This document shows positions 43,487-57,127 of a DNA stretch of 64,000 nucleotides, piece after piece. The position numbers and the translations under genes are program-made. Numbering within the stretch: the first letter of the stretch is position 1; each line of letters begins with the position of its first letter. The stretch covers positions 1,290,311 through 1,354,310 of the forward strand of contig BPIQ01000001.1 of the NCBI GenBank assembly GCA_026004195.1, written 5' to 3'. Source of the DNA: Candidatus Binatia bacterium. Its GTDB lineage: Bacteria; Desulfobacterota; Binatia; HRBIN30; BPIQ01. A model generated the notes under the pieces. It was given only the letters and a program-made list of their open reading frames with translations, did no database searches and was not told the DNA's origin.

Positions 43487-44314
43487 ATGAGCGACCTCAA
43501 GATGCCGCTTACGGCCCACCTGGAGGAGCTGCGGTGGAGGATCCTGAAATCGCTCTTCGCCGTCGGTCTCGGTTTCGCGGCCTCGTACGCTTTTTCGGAC
43601 CGCCTGTTCGCCTTTCTCGCCGCTCCCCTCAGAGCCCGCAACCCGACCCCCGTGACGCTGATCGGGACGGGCGTGGCCGAAGCCTTTTTCACGAAAGTCA
43701 AGGTGGGCATTCTCGCGGGGATCTTCTTCGCGAGCCCCGTGATCCTCTACCAGGCGTGGCAGTTCGTCGCCCCGGGACTCTTCGAACACGAGAAGCGATA
43801 CGCGAGGCCGTTCGTCGCGTTCGGTACCCTGTTTTTCCTGCTCGGCGCGGCCTTCTGCTACCTGGTCATCTTCCCGGTGGGCTTCGCCTTTTTTCTCGAC
43901 GAATTCCGGACTCTGGGGGCGGAGCCCGCGATCCGGATGAGCGAGTACCTCACGTTCAGCTCCCGGCTGCTGCTCGCGTTCGGCGTCACCTTCGAGTTGC
44001 CCGTCGCGACCTTTTTCCTCGCCCGGATCGGTCTGGTGGATCACCGGACGCTCTTGCGCTTCGCCCGCTATGCCGTGGTTCTCGTCTTCGTCGTGGCGGC
44101 CGTCCTGACCCCACCGGACGTGGTCTCCCAGTTCCTGATGGCCGTCCCGCTTCTGGTCCTCTACTTTCTCAGCGTGGGCGTCGCCTACGTCGCCGCCCGC
44201 AACCGGGCCCGGGATCACTCGACTTCGGAGCCGGATTCCTCGAGCAAGGCGCGGAAAAGCCAGTCCGAACCCAGGTCTCCGGGCTCCTCGACGACCTCGC
44301 ACGGAAGCTCCTGA
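43487..44314 (+). CDS. tatC: Twin-arginine translocase subunit TatC
   Basis: 'MPLTAHLEELRWRILKS', 6 TM helices, 'FFASPVILYQAWQFVAPGL' signature. The C-terminal about 35 aa is probably read-through overlapping the convergent gene. Confidence 0.85.
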   Translation: MSDLKMPLTAHLEELRWRILKSLFAVGLGFAASYAFSDRLFAFLAAPLRARNPTPVTLIGTGVAEAFFTKVKVGILAGIFFASPVILYQAWQFVAPGLFEHEKRYARPFVAFGTLFFLLGAAFCYLVIFPVGFAFFLDEFRTLGAEPAIRMSEYLTFSSRLLLAFGVTFELPVATFFLARIGLVDHRTLLRFARYAVVLVFVVAAVLTPPDVVSQFLMAVPLLVLYFLSVGVAYVAARNRARDHSTSEPDSSSKARKSQSEPRSPGSSTTSHGSS

Positions 44315-44541
44315 GCGAGCGACGAGACGAGCGCCGAGACCGTCTCGACGAAATCCTTCGCGGCGAGAAGAACCACGAGGGCTCGGCGCGGGTCGAGGGT
44401 CCGCACGACCGCGATGCCCTCGTAGGACTCCACGAGGAACTTGAGGTAGGCGATGTCGGCGGGACGCACGCGCAAAAAGAACGGAACGATCCCGCCGTAC
44501 CCTTCGGGGGGCCGGGGCCCGCTCACGCCCCCTCCCGCCAT
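44215..44541 (-). CDS. DUF4911-like small protein
   Basis: 'VRPADIAYLKFLVESYEGIAVVRTLDPRRALVVLLAAKDFVETV' resembles DUF4911. ATG 44541 is 15 nt after the YdcF-like stop. Confidence 0.4.
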   Translation of the reverse strand: MAGGGVSGPRPPEGYGGIVPFFLRVRPADIAYLKFLVESYEGIAVVRTLDPRRALVVLLAAKDFVETVSALVSSLAQELPCEVVEEPGDLGSDWLFRALLEESGSEVE

Positions 44542-45206
44542 CGGTCCACCAACTCGAAGAACAGCCACTTTCCGTATTCGGTCACGACCCGGCGCGCAAG
44601 GACCCGTTTGCGCCACCAGCCTCTCGGAGAAAAAGGGTCGTAGGGCGTGGGAGAAACGAGTACCTCGATCCCCTGCTCCCGTGTCACGAAGCGGAAAATG
44701 TCCCGTGCCCGGCGCGAATGCGTCTTGGAGGTCACCAGCACGACGCGCCGGATACCCATCCGTCCCAGTTCCCGGACCAGCGCCCGGCTCTCGGCGATCG
44801 TGCTGCCCGCTCGCTCGCGAACGACCACGATGGCCTCCGGCGGAACCCCGAGCCGCCGGGCGAGGAGCCGGTTCCTCTCGTGCTGCTCCGTCACTTTCAG
44901 CTTCCGTCGCCGGAGTTCGGCCGACCCCGGGGGCTCCGGACCGACGGTCAGCACGATCCGGGGAGCCACGCCTCGCTCGTAGAGGTCGGCGGCGTGGAGG
45001 ATGCGATCCGGAAAAGAGCCTGCGAGAACCACGATCGCGTCCGCGGGCCGGACTTCGTCCTGGACCACGAGGAAGCGCCCGCTCGCTTCGAGCAAGGGCT
45101 CGCGGAACGCGTAGAGGAGGGAGACGCCGACGAGCAGGAACGACCCTGCCAGAACGGCGGCGCGCCGCCACGGCGAGCGAGCTTTGACTCGGCCGCCCGC
45201 ATCCAT
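44523..45206 (-). CDS. YdcF/ElyC/SanA-family (DUF218) protein
   Basis: N-terminal TM, 'ADAIVVLAGS…R…A…L' and 'VVLVTSKTHSRRA' DUF218 blocks. Start moved to ATG 45206. Confidence 0.65.
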   Translation of the reverse strand: MDAGGRVKARSPWRRAAVLAGSFLLVGVSLLYAFREPLLEASGRFLVVQDEVRPADAIVVLAGSFPDRILHAADLYERGVAPRIVLTVGPEPPGSAELRRRKLKVTEQHERNRLLARRLGVPPEAIVVVRERAGSTIAESRALVRELGRMGIRRVVLVTSKTHSRRARDIFRFVTREQGIEVLVSPTPYDPFSPRGWWRKRVLARRVVTEYGKWLFFELVDRWREGA

Positions 45207-45220
45207 TACACGGCACCCCG

Positions 45221-46015
45221 ATGTATCGGCATATCGTCCTCGAGCAGCAGGGTCCGGTGGCGACGCTCCGCCTCGCCCGCCCCGAAACCCGCAACTCCAT
45301 GACACCCGAAATGGGTGACGAGGTCGAGAGAGCGTGCCGGGAGCTCGCTTCCGACACGGAGATCCGAGTCGTCGTCCTGACCGGCACGGGGTCGGCTTTC
45401 AGTTCCGGGGGAGATCTCTCGATGCTGGCGAAGGATGCCGGCCTCACCGACCGAGGCGAGATGACGATGATCGACGCACCGAGGTCGTTCTACGAGAAGT
45501 TTCTCGCCGTCCGGCGACTCCCGGTTCCCACGATCGCCGCGATGAACGGACACGCGATCGGCGCGGGATTCTGTCTGGCGCTGGCCTGCGACCTGCGCGT
45601 CGCCGTGCGGGATGCGAAGATGGGCATGACGTTCGTCAAACTCGGGCTCCACCCGGGAATGGGTGCCACCTATTTCCTTCCCCGCCTCGTAGGCGTCGCA
45701 CAAGCCTGCGAACTCTTCTTCACGGGGCGCGTGATCGACGCCGTGGAAGCGGAAAGGAGGGGCATCGTGAACACGGCGGTTCCCCGCGAGGAGTTCGAGG
45801 AACGGGTTTCCGCTCTGGCGCGAGAGATCGCCGGCGGTGCCCCGCTCGTTCTGCGCAGCCTCAAGACCGCGATCTACCGGGGTGCCGAACGAACCCTGGA
45901 CGAGATGTTGGAAGACGAGGCGGTGAACCAGAGCCGCACCTTCCGGACAGAAGACGCGCGGGAAGGAATTCGCGCCGTCCTCGAAAAACGCGAGCCCCGG
46001 TTTCGAGGACGCTGA
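45221..46015 (+). CDS. Enoyl-CoA hydratase/isomerase family protein (second crotonase paralog)
   Basis: 'VVVLTGTGSAFSSGGDL' and 'IAAMNGHAIGAGFCLALACDLRVA' signatures. Confidence 0.8.
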   Translation: MYRHIVLEQQGPVATLRLARPETRNSMTPEMGDEVERACRELASDTEIRVVVLTGTGSAFSSGGDLSMLAKDAGLTDRGEMTMIDAPRSFYEKFLAVRRLPVPTIAAMNGHAIGAGFCLALACDLRVAVRDAKMGMTFVKLGLHPGMGATYFLPRLVGVAQACELFFTGRVIDAVEAERRGIVNTAVPREEFEERVSALAREIAGGAPLVLRSLKTAIYRGAERTLDEMLEDEAVNQSRTFRTEDAREGIRAVLEKREPRFRGR

Positions 46016-46016
46016 T

Positions 46017-46421
46017 TCACTCGAACTCCTGGTAGTTCGAGACCCTCCAGCCCTCCGGCATCCTCCGCGCCGTGACGAGCCACCGTCGGGTGAAACTCCC
46101 CCCTTCGGGCACCTCGACGGACCCGAGGAAGACGAACGACACACGGTCGGCCCCGTGCTCCCGTGTTTCGAGAAGTCGATAGCGGACCCGTGGCACCCGG
46201 GTGCTCTCGTCGATCGGGTGGCCGCGCGTGAGTTCGATCTCTTCGGCCACTTTTCGTTCCGCCAGGCCCGTGCAAAGCGTTCTCGCGGCCGGCAAGTCCA
46301 TCCGGACGTAGTGGGAGTCGAGAAAGCCGCGGGCCACTCCGAGAGCCCCGTCTCCGTGCTTCTCGCAAGCCAGAAGCGCCAGAGGGAGGAAGAATACGGC
46401 CCAAGCTTTCCGGACATACAT
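46017..46421 (-). CDS. Small lipoprotein, hypothetical (134 aa)
   Basis: 'MYVRKAWAVFFLPLALLACEKHG' carries a lipobox (LLAC). This is the C-terminal part of spurious 623-aa track ORF 46017..47888. Confidence 0.45.
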   Translation of the reverse strand: MYVRKAWAVFFLPLALLACEKHGDGALGVARGFLDSHYVRMDLPAARTLCTGLAERKVAEEIELTRGHPIDESTRVPRVRYRLLETREHGADRVSFVFLGSVEVPEGGSFTRRWLVTARRMPEGWRVSNYQEFE

Positions 46422-46511
46422 GGCGAGCCCAGAGTCTGCCACCGCCGACTCGGGTTCGCAACGGCCGTTTCTCTTGCCAGTTTCCGACCCCCTGGTATAC
46501 GTACTCCGGGG

Positions 46512-47408
46512 ATGTTGGCCGAGATCGCCGCCTTCGAGCGGGCGCTCCGGGTGGAGGAAAACGCTTCCCCCCACACGGTTCGCAGCTACGTCGGAGACCT
46601 GCACCAGCTCCGGTCCTTCGTGCTCGGTCGAACCGGAGCAGGCGAGGCGGACGCGCGAGAGTTGGACCCGGCCACGCTCCGTGCCTACGTGGGATGGCTC
46701 CTCGCTCGTCACGAGCGGAACTCCGTCGCCAGGAAGCTCTCCACCCTCCGCCGGTTTTTCCGGTTCCTCCGGAAACGAGGCGTCCGGCCGGACGACCCGA
46801 CCGAGGGTCTCGTGACCCCGAAGCCCGACCGCAAGCTGCCCGTGCACCTGACCGTGGACGACGTGTTTCGTCTCCTCGAGACACCACCCGCGCATTCCCT
46901 CTCGGGTCTGAGAGATCGGGCCATTCTCGAAGTCCTCTACTCGGCCGGACTCAGGGTGAGCGAGCTCGTCGAGCTCGACTGGGGGGACGTGAATTTCGAG
47001 CTCGGGCTTCTGAGGGTCCGAGGCAAGGGGCGCAAGGAACGGGTCGTCCCCGTCGGCCGGGAAGCTCTGCGGCGTCTCGCCGAGTACCGAGAGCGCCTCG
47101 GGCAGCTCGCCGGGGAGCAAGACCGGCAGAGCGCCCCCGTTTTTCTCAACGCTCGCGGGAGACGGATCACGACGAGAAGCGTGGCTCGGATCGTGGAGAA
47201 GTACGTTCGCCAGGCGGGCCTTGCCACCAAAGCTACACCCCACGCGCTGCGGCACAGCTTCGCGACCCACCTCCTGGGCTCGGGGGCCGACCTGCGCTCG
47301 ATCCAGGAACTCCTCGGCCACGCGAGCCTCTCCACGACACAACGTTACACGCACGTGGACGTCGCACACCTGGCGAAGGTGTACGACAAGGCGCATCCCC
47401 GAGCTTGA
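46512..47408 (+). CDS. xerC: Tyrosine recombinase XerC (chromosome dimer resolution)
   Basis: Core-binding N-domain ('[14 protein letters not shown]'). Catalytic 'ARGRR…[12 protein letters not shown]…[15 protein letters not shown]'. Sits immediately upstream of hslVU, the classical chromosomal arrangement. Start at internal ATG 46512. Confidence 0.8.
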   Translation: MLAEIAAFERALRVEENASPHTVRSYVGDLHQLRSFVLGRTGAGEADARELDPATLRAYVGWLLARHERNSVARKLSTLRRFFRFLRKRGVRPDDPTEGLVTPKPDRKLPVHLTVDDVFRLLETPPAHSLSGLRDRAILEVLYSAGLRVSELVELDWGDVNFELGLLRVRGKGRKERVVPVGREALRRLAEYRERLGQLAGEQDRQSAPVFLNARGRRITTRSVARIVEKYVRQAGLATKATPHALRHSFATHLLGSGADLRSIQELLGHASLSTTQRYTHVDVAHLAKVYDKAHPRA

Positions 47409-47424
47409 GGGGGCCGGTGGGAAC

Positions 47425-47975
47425 ATGAGCCCGGAGGAGCCGACGCACGCCCTGCGCGGAACGACGATCGTGGCCGTCCGCAGATTCGGGCAGGTAGCCG
47501 TGGCGGGCGACGGGCAGGTGACGCTCGGAAGCGCCGTTCTCAAGACGACCGCGAGGAAGGTTCGCAAGCTCCACCATGGCCGCGTGCTCGCGGGCTTCGC
47601 CGGAGGAAGCGCCGACGCCCTCACGCTGTTCGACAAGTTCGAAGAAAAGCTCGAACGCCACGGCGGCCAACTGCTCCGCGCGGCCGTGGAACTGGCTCGC
47701 GACTGGCGGACCGACCGGGTTCTGCGCCGGCTCGAAGCGCTCATGATCGCCGCCGACCGCGAATCCATGCTCCTGCTGTCGGGGAGCGGCGACATCGTGG
47801 AACCGGACGACGACGTGCTCGCCATCGGGTCGGGGGGGAACTTCGCGCTGGCCGCCGCTCGGGCACTGCTGCGCCACACGGAGCTCACCGCTCGCCAGAT
47901 CGCGCAAGAGGCGCTGAAAATCGCCGCCGGGATCTGCGTCTACACGAACGAACAGCTCGTGATCGAGGAGCTCCC

Positions 47976-47979
<4 letters not shown>
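47425..47979 (+). CDS. hslV: ATP-dependent protease subunit HslV
   Basis: '[24 protein letters not shown]' with N-terminal Thr after Met processing. 'SGSGD' and 'GSGGNFA'. Confidence 0.9.
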
Positions 47980-51418
<3,439 letters not shown>

Positions 51419-51422
<4 letters not shown>

Positions 51423-52351
51423 AACGGGATTTCCTGACGCTAGCCGATTTTTCCCGGGACGAGCTCGAGGACATCCTGCACCTCGCCGCCACGATGAAGC
51501 GCGAGCTGCGGGCGGGAAAGCGTCCCGCGGTGCTGGCGGGAAAGACGCTCGCGATGATCTTCGAAAAGCCGAGCCTGCGTACGCGCGTGACCTTCGAGGT
51601 CGGGATGAACCAGCTCGGCGGGCACGCCGTCTTCCTCACCCCTTCCGACATCCGGCTCGGAGAACGCGAGTCCGTGGCCGACATCGCGAGGAACCTCGAG
51701 CGTTGGGTCGACCTCGTGATGGCGCGCACGTTCCGGCACGAGACCCTGGAAGAGCTCGCGGCCCACGCGTCCGTACCGGTCGTCAACGGGCTCTCGGACT
51801 TCGTGCATCCGTGCCAGGTCCTGAGCGACTGTTTCACGCTGTGCGAGCACCGGGGTCGACTCGAGTCGCTCAAGGTCGTCTTCGTGGGCGACGGCAACAA
51901 CGTGGCCAACTCGTGGATCCACGCCGCCGCGAAGTTCCCGTTCTCGCTCACGATCGCCTGCCCGCGTGGTTACGAACCCGACGGACGGGCCCTGGCCCTG
52001 GCGCGCGAGGCCCGAGCCCGCGTGGAAATCGCCCACGATCCCCGCGAGGCCGTGCGCGGTGCCGACGTGATCTACACCGACGTCTGGGTCAGCATGGGCC
52101 AGGAGGAAGAAGCGAGCCGCCGCAAATCGGTATTCCGGGACTACCAGGTGAACGACGACCTCGTACGCCTCGCGAAGGAGGACGTCCTGGTCATGCACTG
52201 CCTTCCCGCGCACCGCGGCGAGGAAATTACCAGCGACGTGATCGACGGCCCCCGCTCGGTGGTCTTCGACCAGGCGGAGAACCGTCTCCACACCCAGAAG
52301 GCCATCATGGTCTGGCTGCTCGAGCGCAGCCCGAGGTCGCACGGTACGTGA
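51419..52351 (+). CDS. argF: Ornithine carbamoyltransferase
   Basis: '[13 protein letters not shown]' (STRT motif), 'HPCQVL' and '[10 protein letters not shown]'. ATGA overlap with argD. Confidence 0.85.
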
Positions 52352-52358
52352 GTCGAGC

Positions 52359-53583
52359 CATGGGCCCCGCGGAGGACGCACCGAAAAAGATCGTCCTGGC
52401 ATACTCCGGCGGTCTCGACACTTCGGTCATCCTGCGGTGGCTCGTCGAGACGTACGGAGCCGAGGTGGTCTGTTTTTGCGCGGACCTGGGACAGGGAGCG
52501 GAACTCGAGCGGCTCGAGGAAAAGGCCCGGGACTGCGGAGCGAGCAAGGTGTACGTCGAGGACCTCCGCGAGGTTTTCGTCCGTGACTACGTCTTTCCGA
52601 TGCTCCGGGCCAACGCCGTCTACGAGCGGGACTACCTGCTCGGCACGTCGATCGCCCGCCCGCTCATCGCCAAGCGACAGGTCGAGATCGCCGAGAAGGA
52701 GGGTGCCGACACGGTCGCGCACGGCGCCACCGGGAAGGGCAACGACCAGGTGCGTTTCGAGCTGACCTACCAGGCGCTCGCCCCTCATCTCCGGATTCTC
52801 GCGCCGTGGCGGATCTGGGAGTTCCGGTCTCGCTCGGATCTCGTCCGTTACGCGCAGGAGCGGAACATCCCGGTCGGCGTCACGGCCGAAAAGCCCTACA
52901 GCACCGACCGCAACCTCTTCCACGTGAGCTACGAGGGGGGAATCCTCGAAGACCCCTGGCGCGAGCCCTACGAGGACATGTTCCAGCTCACCGTCTCTCC
53001 CGAGCGCGCGCCCGACCGTGCCGAGCAGCTCGAAATCGAATTCGAGGCCGGGAACCCCGTCGCCGTGAACGGAAAGAAACTTTCCCCCGCGCGGCTGCTT
53101 TCGCACCTGAACGAACTCGGCGGGCGGCACGGCGTGGGCCGCGCCGACGTGGTAGAAAGCCGCTTCGTCGGCATGAAGTCGCGCGGGGTGTACGAAACGC
53201 CGGGCGGCACGATCTTGCACCGTGCGAGAAAAGCGCTCGAAGCGCTCACTCTCGACCGCGAGGTGCTGCACCTGCTCGACGCGCTGGTCCCGCGTTACGC
53301 GGAGATGGTCTACTACGGGTTCTGGTTCTCTCCGGAGCGGGAGGTCCTGCAGGCGGCGATCGACGAGGCACAGCGTGTCGTGACGGGGACGGTGCGACTC
53401 AAGCTGTACAAAGGAAACGTGATCGTCTGCGGGCGTCGATCGCCGAACTCCCTCTACCGCCCCGAGCTCGCCACGTTCGAAGCCGACGCGGAGTACAGGC
53501 AGAAAGACGCCGAGGGGTTCGTCCGTCTGAACGCGTTGCGGTTGCGCGTGCGGGCGATCGCGAAACGGAACCCGCGCGACTGA
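52359..53583 (+). CDS. argG: Argininosuccinate synthase
   Basis: '[13 protein letters not shown]' PP-loop. '[15 protein letters not shown]', 'STDRNLFH'. Confidence 0.9.
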
Positions 53584-53830
53584 CCCGGGCTGCGCGCCCT
53601 GCATGGAACTCGCCTTGACCGCCCGCTCGGCGAGTGGTAGCGTCGTACTCGTGGTGTTGAGGGGAAGGACTGGGAGGGTCAGATCCTCGTTCCGACCTGT
53701 CCTGTGCCCCAACCGGCGCGTCGCGTGGCGACCGATCGCCACATCCGCTCCAGCGCCCGACTCGCTTCCGGCCGCTCGTCTTCGCCATTCCCTCCGCTCG
53801 CTCCCACCGTCGTCGGGTCCCGTGACCTCG

Positions 53831-53860
53831 TTGGCCCTCGTCGAAGGTTGCCCGTATAAT
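53831..53860 (+). promoter_or_regulatory. Putative sigma70-type promoter for the prkA operon (TTGGCC - 18 nt - TATAAT)
   Basis: Perfect -10 hexamer TATAAT at 53855-53860 in an otherwise GC-rich 367-bp leader. -35-like TTGGCC at 53831-53836. Confidence 0.35.
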
Positions 53861-53949
53861 CGAAACGTGAGTCGCACCAGATTCCGACGAAGACGCCTCT
53901 GCCAGCCACGACGACGCTCCGCTCAAAAATCGCCGGCGGAGGAAACGGT

Positions 53950-55914
53950 ATGGATCACGAACGGAAAGAATCGGTGAGGGAGATCGGGCGATCCTCGTTC
54001 GAGCGCCTCATCCAGGAAGACCGGGCAGCGAGAGAAAGCAGACACTGGCGGGGCACCTTCCTCGAATACCTCGAAAAACTCCGTGACGAGCCGGGGCTCG
54101 CAAAGCTCGCCCACGCGAGAATCTACGACGTGATCATGTCGGCGGGTTGCTCGGACATCCTCGAGAGCGACGACCCGCGCATCAAACGGCTCTTCGCGGA
54201 CGAACCCCTGAAGGTTTACCACTTTTTTTCGGAGGAGTTTTTCGGAATCGAACGCACGATCGCCCAGATCGTTCGCTACTTCCACTCGGCCGCCCTCAAG
54301 GGCGAAGAAAGCCGGCAGGTGCTCTACCTCATGGGCCCGGTCGGTTCCGGAAAAAGCTCGCTCGTGGAAAAGCTCCAGCGCGGGCTCGAAGAGTCGGGCC
54401 CCTTCTACGCCATCGAAGGGTGCCCCATGCACGAGGAACCGCTCCACCTCATCCCCCGGCACCTGCGGCGCGAGTTCGAGAAGATGCTGGGGGTCCACAT
54501 CGAAGGGGACCTCTGCCCCGTGTGCCGCTTCCGACTCAAGGAGGAGTTCGGCGGAAGGTACGAAGAGGTCCCGGTCGTGACGAGGAACTTCTCGAAACGG
54601 AACCGTGTGGGGATCGGGGTCGTGCCGCCCGTCGACCCGAACAACCAGGACACCTCCGTGCTCATCGGCAGCGAGGACATCTCGAAGCTCGACATCTATT
54701 CGGAGGGAGATCCCCGCGTGCTCGATTTGAACGGCGCGCTCAACGTCGGAAACCGCGGGATGGTGGAATTCATCGAGGTCTTCAAGAACGAGACCGAATA
54801 CCTCCACTGCATGATCACCGCCACGCAAGAAAAGGTCATCCCGGCACCGGGGCGACACGGGATGATCTACGTCGACACCGTGATCGTCGCTCACTCGAAC
54901 GAGGCGGAGTGGCAGAAATTCAAGGCCGACCACACGAACGAAGCCATCCTGGACCGGATCGTCGTCGTCAAGGTTCCGTACAACCTGCGGCTGTCCGAGG
55001 AAGTGAAGATCTACCGGAAGATCATCCGGAACTCCGATTTCCGAGCCCACGTGGCGCCCCACACGCTCGAGATCGCCTCGATGTTCGCCATCCTCACCCG
55101 TCTCGAACCGACGCCGAAGTGCGACCTCATGACGAAACTGAAGCTCTACAACGGCGAAGAAGTCATCGAAAAAGGAAAGACGAAAAAGATCGACGTGCGA
55201 GAACTGCGGGAAGAGGCGAAGCGAGAGGGGATGTCCGGCATCTCCACGCGTTTCATCATGAAGGCGCTCGACAACGCGCTTTCCGACAACGCGGAGGGAC
55301 AGTGCATCAACCCCATCAACGTCCGGGAGGCTCTCATCCAGATGACGAAGGAAGCCGACCTCCCCGACGACACGCGCAAGCAGTACCTCGAATTCTTGCA
55401 GGACGTGCTCCACAAGGAATACCTCGAGATCCTCGAAAAGGAAATCACGAAGGCGTTCGTCTACTCCTACCAGGAGCAAGCGGAGACTCTCTTCCAGAAC
55501 TACCTCGACCACGCCGAGGCGTTCGTGAACAAGACGAAGGTCAAGGACCGCAACACGAAGGAGGAGCTCCCGCCGGACGAGGGCTTCCTCAAGTCGATCG
55601 AGGAGCAGATCGCGATCATCGGGTCGGCGGCCGAGGGATTTCGTCAGGAAGTCATCGCCTACCTCTGGGCGGCCAGCCGACGGGGGGAAACGATCAGCTA
55701 CAAGAGCTACGAGCCTCTGAAAGAAGCCATCGAGAAAAAACTCATGACCTCCGTTCGCGAGATCAGCCGAATCATCACGAAGGCCCGCACTCGCGACGAG
55801 GAGCAGACGGCCAAGTACAACGCGATGGTGCAGAACCTTCTCGAGAACGGCTACTGCCCCTCGTGCGTGGACGTGGTCCTCAAGTACGCGGCGAACAACC
55901 TGTGGAAGGACTGA
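53950..55914 (+). CDS. prkA: PrkA-family serine protein kinase (AAA+ ATPase; YeaG/PrkA)
   Basis: Walker A 'LMGPVGSGKSSL'. Highly conserved PrkA blocks ('RFIMKALDNALS', 'YNGEEVIEKGK'). 654 aa. Confidence 0.85.
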   Translation: MDHERKESVREIGRSSFERLIQEDRAARESRHWRGTFLEYLEKLRDEPGLAKLAHARIYDVIMSAGCSDILESDDPRIKRLFADEPLKVYHFFSEEFFGIERTIAQIVRYFHSAALKGEESRQVLYLMGPVGSGKSSLVEKLQRGLEESGPFYAIEGCPMHEEPLHLIPRHLRREFEKMLGVHIEGDLCPVCRFRLKEEFGGRYEEVPVVTRNFSKRNRVGIGVVPPVDPNNQDTSVLIGSEDISKLDIYSEGDPRVLDLNGALNVGNRGMVEFIEVFKNETEYLHCMITATQEKVIPAPGRHGMIYVDTVIVAHSNEAEWQKFKADHTNEAILDRIVVVKVPYNLRLSEEVKIYRKIIRNSDFRAHVAPHTLEIASMFAILTRLEPTPKCDLMTKLKLYNGEEVIEKGKTKKIDVRELREEAKREGMSGISTRFIMKALDNALSDNAEGQCINPINVREALIQMTKEADLPDDTRKQYLEFLQDVLHKEYLEILEKEITKAFVYSYQEQAETLFQNYLDHAEAFVNKTKVKDRNTKEELPPDEGFLKSIEEQIAIIGSAAEGFRQEVIAYLWAASRRGETISYKSYEPLKEAIEKKLMTSVREISRIITKARTRDEEQTAKYNAMVQNLLENGYCPSCVDVVLKYAANNLWKD

Positions 55915-55926
55915 AAACCTCCCGGC

Positions 55927-57120
55927 ATGTCGTTACCCGAGGCCGTTTTTCGTCCGTTCCGGCGTTCCGACGCCGAGCGGAGCGACCGCTCGGCCGGTGA
56001 CCGGCTGCGTCACAGGCAGAAGGTCCGGCAAGCGATCCGCGAAAACATCGCGGACATCGTCGCCGAAGAGTCGATCATAGGGAAGGCGCGGGACAAGATC
56101 GTCAAAGTGCCCCTTCGGGGCGTCAAGGAGTACCGCTTCGTCTACGGGGACAACGCCCCCGGGGTCGCCCAAGGCCAGGGGCAAACCCAAGTCGGGGAGG
56201 TGGTCGGGAAGCGGAGCGACCGCGGAGTACCGGCGATCCCCGATCGCGCGGGCGACCGACCCGGCGTCGACTACTACGAGACGGACATCACGCTCGAAGA
56301 ACTCGTCGACATCATGTTCGAGGACCTCGAGCTTCCCGACCTCGAGCGGCGGAAGCTCCGCGAGGTCACGGCTCCCCGGCTCACCAAACGCAAGGGTTAC
56401 CGACAGGTCGGGATCCGCGTGCGTCTCGACAAGCGACGCACCTCGAAAGCCCGGGTTCGCCGCCGACTCGCCACCCGCCGACTCGCGTCGAGCGCGCTCG
56501 AGACGAGGGACCGCTTTCCCTTCCACGAAGAAGACCTCACCTACCGGCACATCGCTCCCGAGCCCAAGCGCGAGTCGAACGCCGTGGTTCTGTGCATCAT
56601 GGACACCTCGGGGTCCATGGACACGATGAAAAAATACCTCGCGCGCAGCTTTTTCTTCCTGCTCTACCAGTTCCTCCTCACCAAGTACCGCAACGTCGAG
56701 ATCGTGTTCATCGCCCACCACACGGAAGCCGCCGAGGTGACCGAGGAGGAATTTTTCTCCAAGGGAGAATCCGGCGGGACCTTCATCTCCTCGGGGTACC
56801 AGAAAGCCCTCCAGATCGTCGCCGAGCGTTACCATCCTTCCCTGTGGAACATCTACGCCTTCCACTGCTCCGACGGCGACAACTTCGACTCCGACAACGA
56901 GGCCGCCCTCAAAGCCGCACGACAGCTCGCGGACGTCTGCAACCTGTTCGGTTACGGCGAGATCAAGCCCATGGGCTCCCGCTACTACGAAAGCTCCATG
57001 CTCCAGATCTTCCGCCGCCTGGACGCCGACAATTTCCAGACCGTACTGATCGAGAAAAAAGAGGACATCTGGCCGAGCTTCAAGGCCTTGCTCGCCAAGG
57101 ACCGCGCCCGCGAAGGGTGA
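55927..57120 (+). CDS. YeaH/YhbH-family protein (DUF444, vWA-like)
   Basis: 'VVLCIMDTSGSMD' MIDAS-like motif. Conserved DUF444 C-terminus 'YAFHCSDGDN'. Confidence 0.8.
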   Translation: MSLPEAVFRPFRRSDAERSDRSAGDRLRHRQKVRQAIRENIADIVAEESIIGKARDKIVKVPLRGVKEYRFVYGDNAPGVAQGQGQTQVGEVVGKRSDRGVPAIPDRAGDRPGVDYYETDITLEELVDIMFEDLELPDLERRKLREVTAPRLTKRKGYRQVGIRVRLDKRRTSKARVRRRLATRRLASSALETRDRFPFHEEDLTYRHIAPEPKRESNAVVLCIMDTSGSMDTMKKYLARSFFFLLYQFLLTKYRNVEIVFIAHHTEAAEVTEEEFFSKGESGGTFISSGYQKALQIVAERYHPSLWNIYAFHCSDGDNFDSDNEAALKAARQLADVCNLFGYGEIKPMGSRYYESSMLQIFRRLDADNFQTVLIEKKEDIWPSFKALLAKDRAREG

Positions 57121-57127
57121 GACCACC

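Noticed and set aside
46512-47408. Tyrosine recombinase, as a possible phage or integrative-element integrase marking a mobile element.
   Set aside because: It is a XerC-type enzyme in the canonical xerC-hslV-hslU chromosomal context. There is no att-like repeat, phage gene or tRNA junction.
46017-47888. 623-aa minus-strand ORF covering xerC and hslV on the opposite strand.
   Set aside because: Only its last 134 codons (lipoprotein with a proper signal peptide) lie outside strongly supported plus-strand genes. The rest is an antisense artefact.
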